DNA of 64,000 bases, taken from the NCBI GenBank assembly GCA_965197525.1, contig OZ240211.1, positions 1,952,001 to 2,016,000 of the forward strand, written 5' to 3'. Below the pieces are notes generated by a model. The model was given only the letters and a program-made list of their open reading frames with translations. It did no database searches and was not told the origin of the DNA. The position numbers and the translations under genes were made by a program. This document shows, piece after piece, positions 8,847 through 17,886 of the stretch (its first letter is position 1; each line of letters starts with the position of its first letter). Origin of the DNA: Nitrosopumilus sp. (lineage in GTDB: Archaea > Thermoproteota > Nitrososphaeria > Nitrososphaerales > Nitrosopumilaceae).

Positions 8847-9146
8847 TTACCCTAGAGGCACGGTTGTGATATCGTCTTTTGAAACTCCTTTCCAAAGACC
8901 TATCATTCCTTCTGCTTCGACTTTGTCAACTTTGCTAATCTGTTGAATCTTTATGTGATCAGGATTTGGAGGCATCCATAACATGGCCATGTAATCACCT
9001 ACATTCCCTACCTTAGTTGGCAGTGCCATGATAATCTTGTCTGTTGCAAATCCATTTGCAGTTAATGCATTTGTTGCTTTTTCTTTCAGATCCATTCTTC
9101 CGTGCAGGAATAGGTAGATCTCTTTTTGCGTGTCAATCTCTGACAT
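8847..9146 (-). CDS. Hypothetical protein
   Basis: 99-aa ORF with normal composition. Confidence 0.8.
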   Translation of the reverse strand: MSEIDTQKEIYLFLHGRMDLKEKATNALTANGFATDKIIMALPTKVGNVGDYMAMLWMPPNPDHIKIQQISKVDKVEAEGMIGLWKGVSKDDITTVPLG

Positions 9147-9232
9147 AATTTCTCTAATTTTTTAAACTAAATCAACCTTTCTTAATTTTCTCTCAGAAAA
9201 GGGTTAAATTAGAACATATACGAACCAAATTT

Positions 9233-9526
9233 GTGAAGATCATTACTATAGGCAACAAATCTTTTGTAACTAGCTTTCAGTTGGCTGGCATACCTGGAAA
9301 AATCTTCGAGGATCCTCAGGAGGCTTTAGGCGAAATTAAAACATTGACTGACGATGATAATGTAGGTCTAGTTTTGGTGAGTGATGATATTACAGAATCA
9401 ATTAGTGACGAATTAACTTTGCTTCGTTCCCAGAAATCTACTCTGGTATTTGCCCTGCCTGCAACAGGAAGTGAAAAAACCGAGGTTGACTATAGGGCAA
9501 TGCTCAAGAAAATTCTTGGTGTATAA
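9233..9526 (+). CDS. atpF: A/V-type ATP synthase subunit F
   Basis: MKIITIGNKSFVTSFQLAGI start and C-terminal LKKILGV are typical of subunit F. Confidence 0.85.
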   Translation: MKIITIGNKSFVTSFQLAGIPGKIFEDPQEALGEIKTLTDDDNVGLVLVSDDITESISDELTLLRSQKSTLVFALPATGSEKTEVDYRAMLKKILGV

Positions 9527-9802
9527 TCTCTCTGCTTCGTGCCCAGAAATCTCGTTATTATATCACGTTTTACAGATTGACGTTGATAGACATGATTTTT
9601 TGTTATACTGGTGTGGGCAGTAATATGAGGATATCGATTGGCATAGTGGATACTAGTGGCAATTTGTAGTAAACACCATTCTTAATTGATACATATGTCT
9701 GGCGTTATTTTTTAGATTCAGCTATTATGATATGTATCTATAACAACAATCCTTCTTTAGGGTCCGTTACATGATGATGACTGTTTTACATTGATTCTAT
9801 TA

Positions 9803-10777
9803 TTACTCTAATCCTTTGTTAGTTCCAATCACTTCATAGCTGGAAAAATCATACGCAATTTTGTAGACCTGCTGGAATCCTTCAGAAGAATAGCCTCCAA
9901 CATACAAGTATCTATTCTCAGAATCTGCTGCAATACTTGAAACAGTCAGATCAATTCTTTGCATGTCTTCCCATGATTCCCCCAAGTCATCTGACCTCAC
10001 TATTCCAAATGTCTCTACTGATGCAAACAATGTGCCTCCTTCATCAAATGCCAACGCAAAAACACCCATTCCCTTATATCCATCAAGAAGTTCCCATGTC
10101 TCTCCTCCATCAGCTGACTTGAATATTCCTTTTCCAGTTCCTGCAAAAATTAACTGTGATTCATCAGGAGATATTGCAAGTGCAGAAACATACTCTGGAT
10201 ACACTAATGACTCCCATGTCTCTCCCCCATCAACTGTTTTAAATAAGCCTCTTGCTGCACTATCAAAACCAATTATAATTTTAGGATCATGTTTGCTTAC
10301 TGCCATTGCATGAAAGTCCACTGGAGGTTCTATTACATTTGACACAAGCTCCCACGTAATTCCTCCATCATTACTTTTAATCAATCCAGTGTTTCCTCCA
10401 GTTGCTGGATGACCGCTTGCATACAGTGGGGCCCCTGAAACGTATGGTGCACTAAATGCCATATAGTCAGCACGTATCTTGTCTACCTTTACCGGAGGTT
10501 TGCCGTCAATACTCTGGTAAAAGTCACCATGGGATGCAATATACACAATTGAACGATTATCAGGATCAAATCCTAAACCGTGAACATGACGCCAATCAAT
10601 TATTTTAGAATCATTAGATTTTGTGTTATCATCATTTGTAGTAGGATCTACAAACATAGATGAGCTAGATAGCAGTAATGCTACAACAACAACAGCAACA
10701 ACAACTATGGCAATCACTATACCACTCACAGGACGTTTGCCTCTGTTAGGATTATCATCTTTAGATTGCCTTGTCAT
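9803..10777 (-). CDS. Membrane-anchored BNR/Asp-box beta-propeller protein
   Basis: N-terminal TM helix; repeated S/T-x-D-G-G-x-T-W Asp-boxes (KSNDGGITW, KTVDGGETW, KSADGGETW, RSDDLGESW); HVHGLG. Confidence 0.85.
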   Translation of the reverse strand: MTRQSKDDNPNRGKRPVSGIVIAIVVVAVVVVALLLSSSSMFVDPTTNDDNTKSNDSKIIDWRHVHGLGFDPDNRSIVYIASHGDFYQSIDGKPPVKVDKIRADYMAFSAPYVSGAPLYASGHPATGGNTGLIKSNDGGITWELVSNVIEPPVDFHAMAVSKHDPKIIIGFDSAARGLFKTVDGGETWESLVYPEYVSALAISPDESQLIFAGTGKGIFKSADGGETWELLDGYKGMGVFALAFDEGGTLFASVETFGIVRSDDLGESWEDMQRIDLTVSSIAADSENRYLYVGGYSSEGFQQVYKIAYDFSSYEVIGTNKGLE

Positions 10778-10881
10778 AATCTAACCATCAACTTGATCTA
10801 TTGTTACAATTATTTTTAGAGTGTCATATCTTAAACCTATCAGAATTCTCCATTTTTGATCATCGTTATGATTTTGCACAC

Positions 10882-11691
10882 TCATAGTTTTAACTCTGAT
10901 TCAGATATAAAGCTGTTGAATACGGATTTTATTTCGCCAGCATCTATGTCAATTTCTTTGGAAACCCGTTCAAGATCATAGTCACTGAATGCTGCTAGTA
11001 CCTTGTTAATTTTATCTTGAGTAATTAACAAGGCGACAGATTTTTGCAAATGTTTTATGTTTGTATCGGTATGCCAAATTAATGCATAAATATCTGCAAT
11101 ATCTTTGATCCTTTTGTGATCTTTTGTTCTTTTTAAAACCCAATTTAGTTTTGTCGCAAGCATTAATTCGGGATTTGGAAGTAGAACCTTTACACCAAAT
11201 GCAGTAATAGTCTTGTATAGTTTTTTTTCAAAAATTTGAGTAATCATGGGTTCATCTGCAGGAGTGACTCCCAATACATTGTGTATTTTGTCCGGTACTC
11301 GATTTACCATTAAATCCACATAAAAATGAAATAAATTATACGTAGGTATTCGCTTACTTTCTTCTTCAGTTAAAGGTTTCATTGCTTCGTGGTGATATAT
11401 CTGAACCATTCTAAAACCTTGAGGAGTAAACCCTATTTTTTTCAGCGCAATTATTGACTTGTTAAACAATGATTTTTTTAACGAGTTTTCATCTTCTTGA
11501 ATGCTAAAATAAAATCCCAGATCAATGTCTTTTGAGCCATGATATTCTCTTCCGTGCATTTTTTTAAAATTTTTATTTACCAGTAAGAAAACAGCCCATC
11601 CACCCAAAAGACATAATGGGCTAGGGATGCTGACTGCAACTGTTGACAGATTGGTTTTTGATATGTTGATCTCATGCTCACTATACAGCAT
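10882..11691 (-). CDS. AbiEii-like nucleotidyltransferase (type IV TA toxin)
   Basis: LLGGWAV...GSKDIDLG NTase motif and ATKL...KDIADIY helix; overlaps the upstream HTH gene by 11 nt. Confidence 0.75.
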   Translation of the reverse strand: MLYSEHEINISKTNLSTVAVSIPSPLCLLGGWAVFLLVNKNFKKMHGREYHGSKDIDLGFYFSIQEDENSLKKSLFNKSIIALKKIGFTPQGFRMVQIYHHEAMKPLTEEESKRIPTYNLFHFYVDLMVNRVPDKIHNVLGVTPADEPMITQIFEKKLYKTITAFGVKVLLPNPELMLATKLNWVLKRTKDHKRIKDIADIYALIWHTDTNIKHLQKSVALLITQDKINKVLAAFSDYDLERVSKEIDIDAGEIKSVFNSFISESELKL

Positions 11692-12295
11692 TCATTATCA
11701 CCTTATTCATCAACATTTCACCAGATTCTACACACACTCCGCCTTCGTTGTACAAGTCAAGAATTATTTGTGGAATCGAAGATATGCGTAGTCCATCTCT
11801 CTCAAACGAGTTATAGAATGCATGTTCGTTGGAGATTATGATTCTGGTATTTCCTTTACCTACTAGGCCGTTCTTTGCCAATAGTCTGTGCCATTGGATT
11901 TTTTCGTCAGGTTTTATATGAAAGTCAATTCTAGAAGGGAATAGATAATTTTGAACTAAATTTTCTGCATAATATGTTGTCAATGCATACTCTAGTTTTG
12001 TTTCTCGTAATACTTTTATCGGATTTTTAATTAGATAACTAGTACTCTTGTATGGCGGCTCCCACTTCATCCATAGTTCAAGCAAGGGTTGAAACTTTAA
12101 AATTCGTGTTCCATGTATAATTTTTTGTTTCTCGAGTGTTTTTAAAACCTGATGTGTCCATGGATACTTGTTTTCAGAGAGCTTGGCAATTCGGTATTTG
12201 GTCAGATGGCCTTCAGGATGGTTCAATAGTACTCGTATCAACCTTGATTTGATGGCACTCTTTCTTTCACTGTTTACAAACGTATTATTTTTCAT
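11681..12295 (-). CDS. AbiEi-like antitoxin / winged-helix transcriptional regulator
   Basis: N-terminal HTH (LTKYRIAKLS...THQVLKTLEKQKII) and C-terminal YALTT...SSIPQIILDLYNEGG; first gene of a two-gene operon. Confidence 0.7.
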   Translation of the reverse strand: MKNNTFVNSERKSAIKSRLIRVLLNHPEGHLTKYRIAKLSENKYPWTHQVLKTLEKQKIIHGTRILKFQPLLELWMKWEPPYKSTSYLIKNPIKVLRETKLEYALTTYYAENLVQNYLFPSRIDFHIKPDEKIQWHRLLAKNGLVGKGNTRIIISNEHAFYNSFERDGLRISSIPQIILDLYNEGGVCVESGEMLMNKVIMNAV

Positions 12296-12311
12296 TAAAT
12301 ACTCTACATAG

Positions 12312-12325
12312 AATGATATATCATT
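12312..12325. promoter_or_regulatory. Perfect 14-bp palindrome AATGATATATCATT; candidate AbiEi operator
   Basis: 17-30 nt upstream of the antitoxin start; a second AATGATATAT at 12349-12358. Confidence 0.45.
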
Positions 12326-13008
12326 TTTATTTAAATATATTGGAGATTAATGATATATGCTCATATTTCAAGTCAATCCAAAACGTAAAATCTGAAAAGA
12401 GGTCCATGTATGTTCCCATCTGAGATGCAAAACTAGAGCAGTTTATTATAAGGAAAGACATACCGCAGATGCATAACCTGACACCGAATCTTGGCAATGA
12501 CATGGGCCATTCTAATGAAACCGATCAAATCCGTGTACTTTTTGGTGCAAGAGGTTAAGGGATTACACGAACAAGAAGTGTAACCTGCAAGACAAAGCAA
12601 GAGTCACAGTGAAATTTATCAATGCCAGTTAGGATGAAAAGCATGATCCACTGCATACTGATCCAAGAATCAATCAAGATTCCAGGACGTACGTTTACAT
12701 CTGTATTTAGTAAGATCAAGTCACGGAGTCCAGAATACTGTACTTTTATTATTTCATGATACTGTACAATGAATAGATAATCGTCAGGACAATGCTTTCT
12801 GACGGTACTGAAAGACAGAGTGACGTGGCCATGCTTGCATTTAAGATGCAGTTGGAATCACGTCCGGTGCGCTAGCCCAAACCGCCTACCTGACATCAGA
12901 TTTAGAACACGTTTCGCTAGCTGTAATTATATTAAATCAAATCTTCTTACGGCTGTCAACAAAATACTGTACTCTATCTACTTATAACCAAATTTCTAAT
13001 GCTCTACC

Positions 13009-14037
13009 ATGAAAACCGCATCCGTTACCGAACCATCTGTTATCAAAGTCAATGAAACACAGCTACCCAAGTTGGGAACGCATGATATCTTGGTACAGAT
13101 GCAAGCATGTGGAATCTGTGGCTCTGACTTGGAAAAAGTTTTCGGGCAGTATGGACAACCATCAATGCGTTTGGGTCATGAGCCGTCTGGAATTATTTTA
13201 GATGTTGGCTCTAGTGTAACTGAATTTCAAATAGGTGATAGAGTGTTTACTCATCACCACGTTCCTTGTTATGATTGTCATTTGTGTAATCATGGAAATC
13301 AAACAATGTGTAAAAAATATTATGATACAAATCTACTACCTTGCGGTTTATCTGAAGAGTATATTGTTCCTGCATGGAATGTTTTACATGGAGGTGTCTT
13401 GAAAATATCTGATTCCACTAGTTATCACGAAGCAGCAATGATAGAACCGTTAGCTTGTTGTGTCAGATCATGGACTAAACTCTCTTACAACGAAGGTGAT
13501 TCGGTAGCCATTTTTGGTGTAGGTCCTACTGGTATGATGCATGTGATGTTGGCACATATCAATAAATTTTCAAAAATTTTCTGCTTTGATGTCAATAATT
13601 TTCGATTGAACTTTGCCAAAAAATACAATATAACTGATTCAATTAATTCTACTGATAAACTCAGAAGACAAAAGGTTTTGGACGGTACTAGCAATCAGGG
13701 TGTTGATATAGCAATAGTTGCCACAAGTAATCTTACAGCACTAGCTGATGCACTAGACATGGTTCGTAAAGGCGGTACTGTGATGATGTTTGGTGTTCCC
13801 TCAAAGGGAGCAAAATTAGATCTTGACATGAGTACAGTTTACTCAAAAGAGATAACCCTCGTTACAAGTTATGCTGCATCAGATTCGGATACCCAAGAGG
13901 CACTACGTCTTATTGAATCCTCTCAGATTGACGTCAAGAGTTTGATTACTCACACGTATACCCTTCATGATTCTCAGAAAGCATTTGACCATGCACGTAG
14001 TGGCGATAATGCCATGAAAATTATCATTACCAAATAA
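13009..14037 (+). CDS. Zn-dependent alcohol/polyol dehydrogenase (MDR family)
   Basis: CGICGSD, LGHEPSG, structural Cys cluster CYDCHLCNHGNQTMC, GVGPTG. Confidence 0.93.
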   Translation: MKTASVTEPSVIKVNETQLPKLGTHDILVQMQACGICGSDLEKVFGQYGQPSMRLGHEPSGIILDVGSSVTEFQIGDRVFTHHHVPCYDCHLCNHGNQTMCKKYYDTNLLPCGLSEEYIVPAWNVLHGGVLKISDSTSYHEAAMIEPLACCVRSWTKLSYNEGDSVAIFGVGPTGMMHVMLAHINKFSKIFCFDVNNFRLNFAKKYNITDSINSTDKLRRQKVLDGTSNQGVDIAIVATSNLTALADALDMVRKGGTVMMFGVPSKGAKLDLDMSTVYSKEITLVTSYAASDSDTQEALRLIESSQIDVKSLITHTYTLHDSQKAFDHARSGDNAMKIIITK

Positions 14038-14835
14038 TACACTTCAATATTCTTGTATTTTTGATGTTTCACACTGTTCTAATATTTAGTATCTACATAG
14101 TAGATTACTGTACTATACAAGACAATGGAACAATCACTCTTGTTTTCAGACAAAGCAATTGAATAATAAAATATCCAAAACGTAACGATTCAGATTCTCT
14201 TAAATTGAGGCAATGCCTACTCGTTTTGATCCATATTAGATCAAGTATGCCAGTGTATTTTAGCAGTATTTTTTAATTGTGGTATTTAGAAAGATGATCC
14301 GTGAATTAATTTGTTGCATAACTCCGAATCTCAGGCACGAAATGCCTGTTCTTCAGCAACCGTCTAGGCACGTTTGAGTGGGTTGTGCAACAAACTACCA
14401 CCCTGCTCATGTTTTTATACGACTATCCCCCATATATTATGAGGGGCTAGAATCGGAAATACTCAATACCGATCTGGGCTTCGAGTCCTTCAGTGAAGTA
14501 ACGTCAAGTTACCAATCCTTGATGCCTCTCACACCCTGCTGTATTCCCTGAATGCACTGGTGTACTTTAGGACAGTTTATGCACTTGATTCAATAGACTA
14601 TGCTCTGTGATCAGACTCCAAATTTCTGATATAATTTTACATTGGATCGGACATTAAGAGGCACCGAATCGCTAGAGGGCGATCCGGCGACCTTTTCCCT
14701 TGTCTTGACCTCTCCTGCCGTGAGTTCAGGGGTTCAACATGTTGACCCCTGTCAGGGAGATCCATCTTACCCACTTTCGTGCTTGTTACGTGACGTTTGT
14801 AGGTTCTGAGCAAAATTTTAGTTTAACGGCTTTAA

Positions 14836-15762
14836 CAGTTAGTTCAGAAGTAGATGAAATCTAGACACTTGTCAGATGTAGAATCTGTAGCAGATCACAT
14901 GTTTAACACTAAGACGAAGATCATTTTATACGATCATGCGCAATCTGAATGTCAGAACAGTATAGTGTGTCACATACGATTCTCACAGGAGGTAAAAAAG
15001 CGTGCAGATATGAATTGCGGGTTGGGAGATGCTTCCCTGGTTGTTAGATGATGCAATAAAATCAACGTATGTGTCCACGTGGTTTGAGAAAATTTTTGGA
15101 TTCAGGCACAAATTTAACACACTATGCGAACATCTCTTATTTTTCTAGGCACAACATAAACACATACTTTTAAAATAATTGAATAATTGCTAAATATTTT
15201 AGTGATCTGTGCCGCTAGTGACAATCTTCATAATACTTGCATACAATCATCCGATATTCCAGTTACTTCTGAGCTAACTGTAATGATACACACTATTTTA
15301 TGGAACAGCAGATGTGAAGAACCGCCGCCTGGGGTCTCTCTTACAGGTTCCAAAAATGTCACTTGTCGTGACATCGCCACTACCGTGTCATATCTACAAT
15401 AACCCGCGAGACTGTCTACTATAGCACCGAATTCAAACACTGCATTTGATTTCTATCGTCGCTTCCTGAGATACATCAACAGACCTATGGAAACGCCTCC
15501 CAACTTGCAATTCACATCTGCACGCCTTGAATTTTGATTTTATTGCGTTATCTAACAACTATGGCAAGCCTCCCAACCTGCAATTCATATCTGCACATTT
15601 TTTTGCCTCCTGTGAGAATCGTATGTGGCACACTATACTGCTCTGACATTCAGATGGCGCATAATCGTATAGAATGATATTCATCTTAGTTTTAAACATG
15701 TGATCTGCTACAGATTCTCTATCTGACAGGGGTCTAGATTTCATCTATTTCTGAGCTAACTG
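14836..15762. repeat. Long imperfect inverted repeat: arms 14836-15065 and 15534-15762 around a 468-bp spacer
   Basis: Arms align over about 230 bp with scattered substitutions; extra partial copy at 15495-15523. Confidence 0.9.
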
Positions 15763-15831
15763 CTTTCTCCAAAATCCAAATAAGAAACGCTTAAGAAAGG
15801 CATATCTTGTTTTCAATAATACTGAAGCATT

Positions 15832-17130
15832 ATGGATTGGGGTCTCAAAAACAGGATTTCTAGTATAATTAAACCACAAGACCGTCGTGCGTTGATGCTA
15901 GCAGTAGATCATGGGTATTTCTTGGGCCCAACTGAAAAATTAGAAAATCCTCGCAAAGTAATCAAACCGCTTTTAGAGTATTGTGACTCTTTAATGCTTA
16001 CACGAGGTGTCCAGAGAACATCAGTATCTCCAAACACTGACACTCCTATGGTGTTACGCGTATCCGGAGGTTCTAGTATTATAGGTGATGATCTCTCTCA
16101 GGAGGATATTACCGTGTCAGTCGAGGATGCAATTAGATTAAACGCTAGTGCCCTTGCAATGTCCATCTTTGTTGGCTCAAAATACGAATATCAAACTATT
16201 ACAAATCTTGGAAAATTAGTTAATGAAGCAAACAAGTACGGCTTGCCTGTTCTAGCAGTTACTGCAGTTGGAAAGGAACTTGGTAAAGATGCCCGTTATC
16301 TTTCATTGGCGTGTAGAATAGCCGCAGAACAAGGTGCACATATTGTTAAAACCTACTATTGTGACGATTTTGAAAAAGTCGTTCAATCATGCCCCGTGCC
16401 TATAATAGTTGCAGGAGGCAAGAAGATTCCAGAGCGCAATGCATTACAACTAACATACAACGCAATCAAAGGTGGGGCAGTAGGTGTCGACATGGGTAGA
16501 AACATTTGGCAGTCAGAACATCCAGTATCCATGATTCGAGCAGTCCGAGCAATCGTTCATGAGAATCTAAATGTTGATCAGGCTTTCAAACTGTACAAAA
16601 ATTTAGTCAGTAAAGAACCAAAAAATATTGGAAATACTCTGAATCAAAACAAATCAAACAAGTTTAAACAAAACAAACCAAAACCTCAGCCAAAATCAAT
16701 TACAAACAAACCAAAACCAACCACAAACAAACCAAAACCTCAGCCAAAACCAAAACCAACCACTGAAAAAGCTAGCACAGACAAACCAACCACTGAAAAA
16801 GCTAGCACAGACAAACCAACCACTGAAAAAGCTAGCACAGACAAACCAACCACTGAAAAAGCTAGCACAGACAAACCAACCACTGAAAAAGCTAGCACAG
16901 ACAAACCAACCACTGAAAAAGCTAGCACAGACAAACCAACCACTGAAAAAGCTAGCACAGACAAACCAACCACTGAAAAAGCTAGCACAGACAAACCAAC
17001 CACTGAAAAAGCTAGCACAGACAAACCAACCACTGAAAAAGCTAGCACAGACAAACCAACCACTGAAAAAGCTAGCACAGACAAACCAACCACTGAAAAA
17101 GCTAGCACAGACAAACCAACTTTAGACTAA
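15832..17130 (+). CDS. lsrF: LsrF/DhnA-type class I aldolase (thiolase) with a repetitive C-terminal tail
   Basis: ALMLAVDHGYFLGP, LGAHIVKTYY-like AHIVKTYY, PIIVAGGKK, GVDMGRNIWQ. Confidence 0.9.
   Translation: MDWGLKNRISSIIKPQDRRALMLAVDHGYFLGPTEKLENPRKVIKPLLEYCDSLMLTRGVQRTSVSPNTDTPMVLRVSGGSSIIGDDLSQEDITVSVEDAIRLNASALAMSIFVGSKYEYQTITNLGKLVNEANKYGLPVLAVTAVGKELGKDARYLSLACRIAAEQGAHIVKTYYCDDFEKVVQSCPVPIIVAGGKKIPERNALQLTYNAIKGGAVGVDMGRNIWQSEHPVSMIRAVRAIVHENLNVDQAFKLYKNLVSKEPKNIGNTLNQNKSNKFKQNKPKPQPKSITNKPKPTTNKPKPQPKPKPTTEKASTDKPTTEKASTDKPTTEKASTDKPTTEKASTDKPTTEKASTDKPTTEKASTDKPTTEKASTDKPTTEKASTDKPTTEKASTDKPTTEKASTDKPTTEKASTDKPTTEKASTDKPTLD
16753..17120 (+). repeat. 12 perfect 30-bp tandem repeats plus an 8-bp partial (AAACCAACCACTGAAAAAGCTAGCACAGAC; KPTTEKASTD)
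   Basis: Direct count of the GCTAGCACAGAC unit at 30-nt period from 16771 to 17101; in frame within lsrF. Confidence 0.97.
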
Positions 17131-17190
17131 ACGTAATCAAACTGATTTAGACAAATTAACTAAGCAAACCAAATACATACATACATAATC

Positions 17191-17595
17191 TCATCTATCA
17201 ATCTTTGATAGATGAATATGCGCAATTTTCCATGTTGGCTGTTTTACTAGTACAAACGTTGCCCGTCCCATAATTGTCATATGTTCGCCGGTGTATGCTT
17301 TGTTATCAACTAGCATTCCTTTTTGAATCAATTCCAATGCCACAACTGCTGTATCTCCAAATAAGCTGATTTTTGGATTTTTTATCTCATATGAATAATC
17401 TGATATACTTATGAATCGCAACTCTTCAAGTTCTATTGTAGTTTTGTAATCTTTGAGATCGTATGGTGGCAGATCACTAAAACTCGAGAATTTAGGATCG
17501 TTTAGATGAATATCTTTTAATCTTGATAGATCTTTTGTTATTCCTGCTTGAAATAGCGTCTCTACAACACTTATGATCTCTGATTTATCGCTCAA
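17191..17595 (-). CDS. SnoaL/NTF2-like protein
   Basis: C-terminal RATFVLVKQPTWKIAHIHLS strand pattern. Confidence 0.8.
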   Translation of the reverse strand: MSDKSEIISVVETLFQAGITKDLSRLKDIHLNDPKFSSFSDLPPYDLKDYKTTIELEELRFISISDYSYEIKNPKISLFGDTAVVALELIQKGMLVDNKAYTGEHMTIMGRATFVLVKQPTWKIAHIHLSKIDR

Positions 17596-17784
17596 AATAC
17601 CCTGCTTCTAAATAAATAAAATATCTCTTTAAGTCTTGTGTAAATTTTGCAAATCTGATTAATTTTTGACAAAATGAAGAGATCTGCTAATTTTACAGAA
17701 TCTTTGTGTATAAATACAGGCAAAATATGATTATTCTTTAGAAAATCTTTATTAATTATCTTTTGTTAATTTTCTTGGATTACA

Positions 17785-17856
17785 ATGAACACGGAATTAA
17801 CGCGATTACTTGATTACAACTCGTCGGTTGTTGTTGTTGTAGTTGAGCTGCTGTAA
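17785..17856 (+). CDS. Candidate Val/Leu-rich leader peptide MNTELTRLLDYNSSVVVVVVELL
   Basis: ATG at 17785, six consecutive Val codons and five Leu codons, stop 30 nt before ilvB. Confidence 0.35.
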   Translation: MNTELTRLLDYNSSVVVVVVELL

Positions 17857-17886
17857 AACACACTCTAAATTTACTAGATTAAAATT

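Noticed and set aside
9233-9526. ATP synthase subunit F away from its operon
   Set aside because: To my knowledge a detached subunit F gene is ordinary in this lineage; no sign of mobility
16740-17114. Antisense ORF (VLAFSVVGLS)n as a membrane protein
   Set aside because: Shadow frame of the lsrF repeat; the same applies to most short antisense ORFs over carB, ilvB, lig, tuf and others
16753-17120. 30-bp repeats with an internal GCTAGC palindrome as a CRISPR array
   Set aside because: Units are head-to-tail with no spacers, in frame within lsrF, and no cas genes are present
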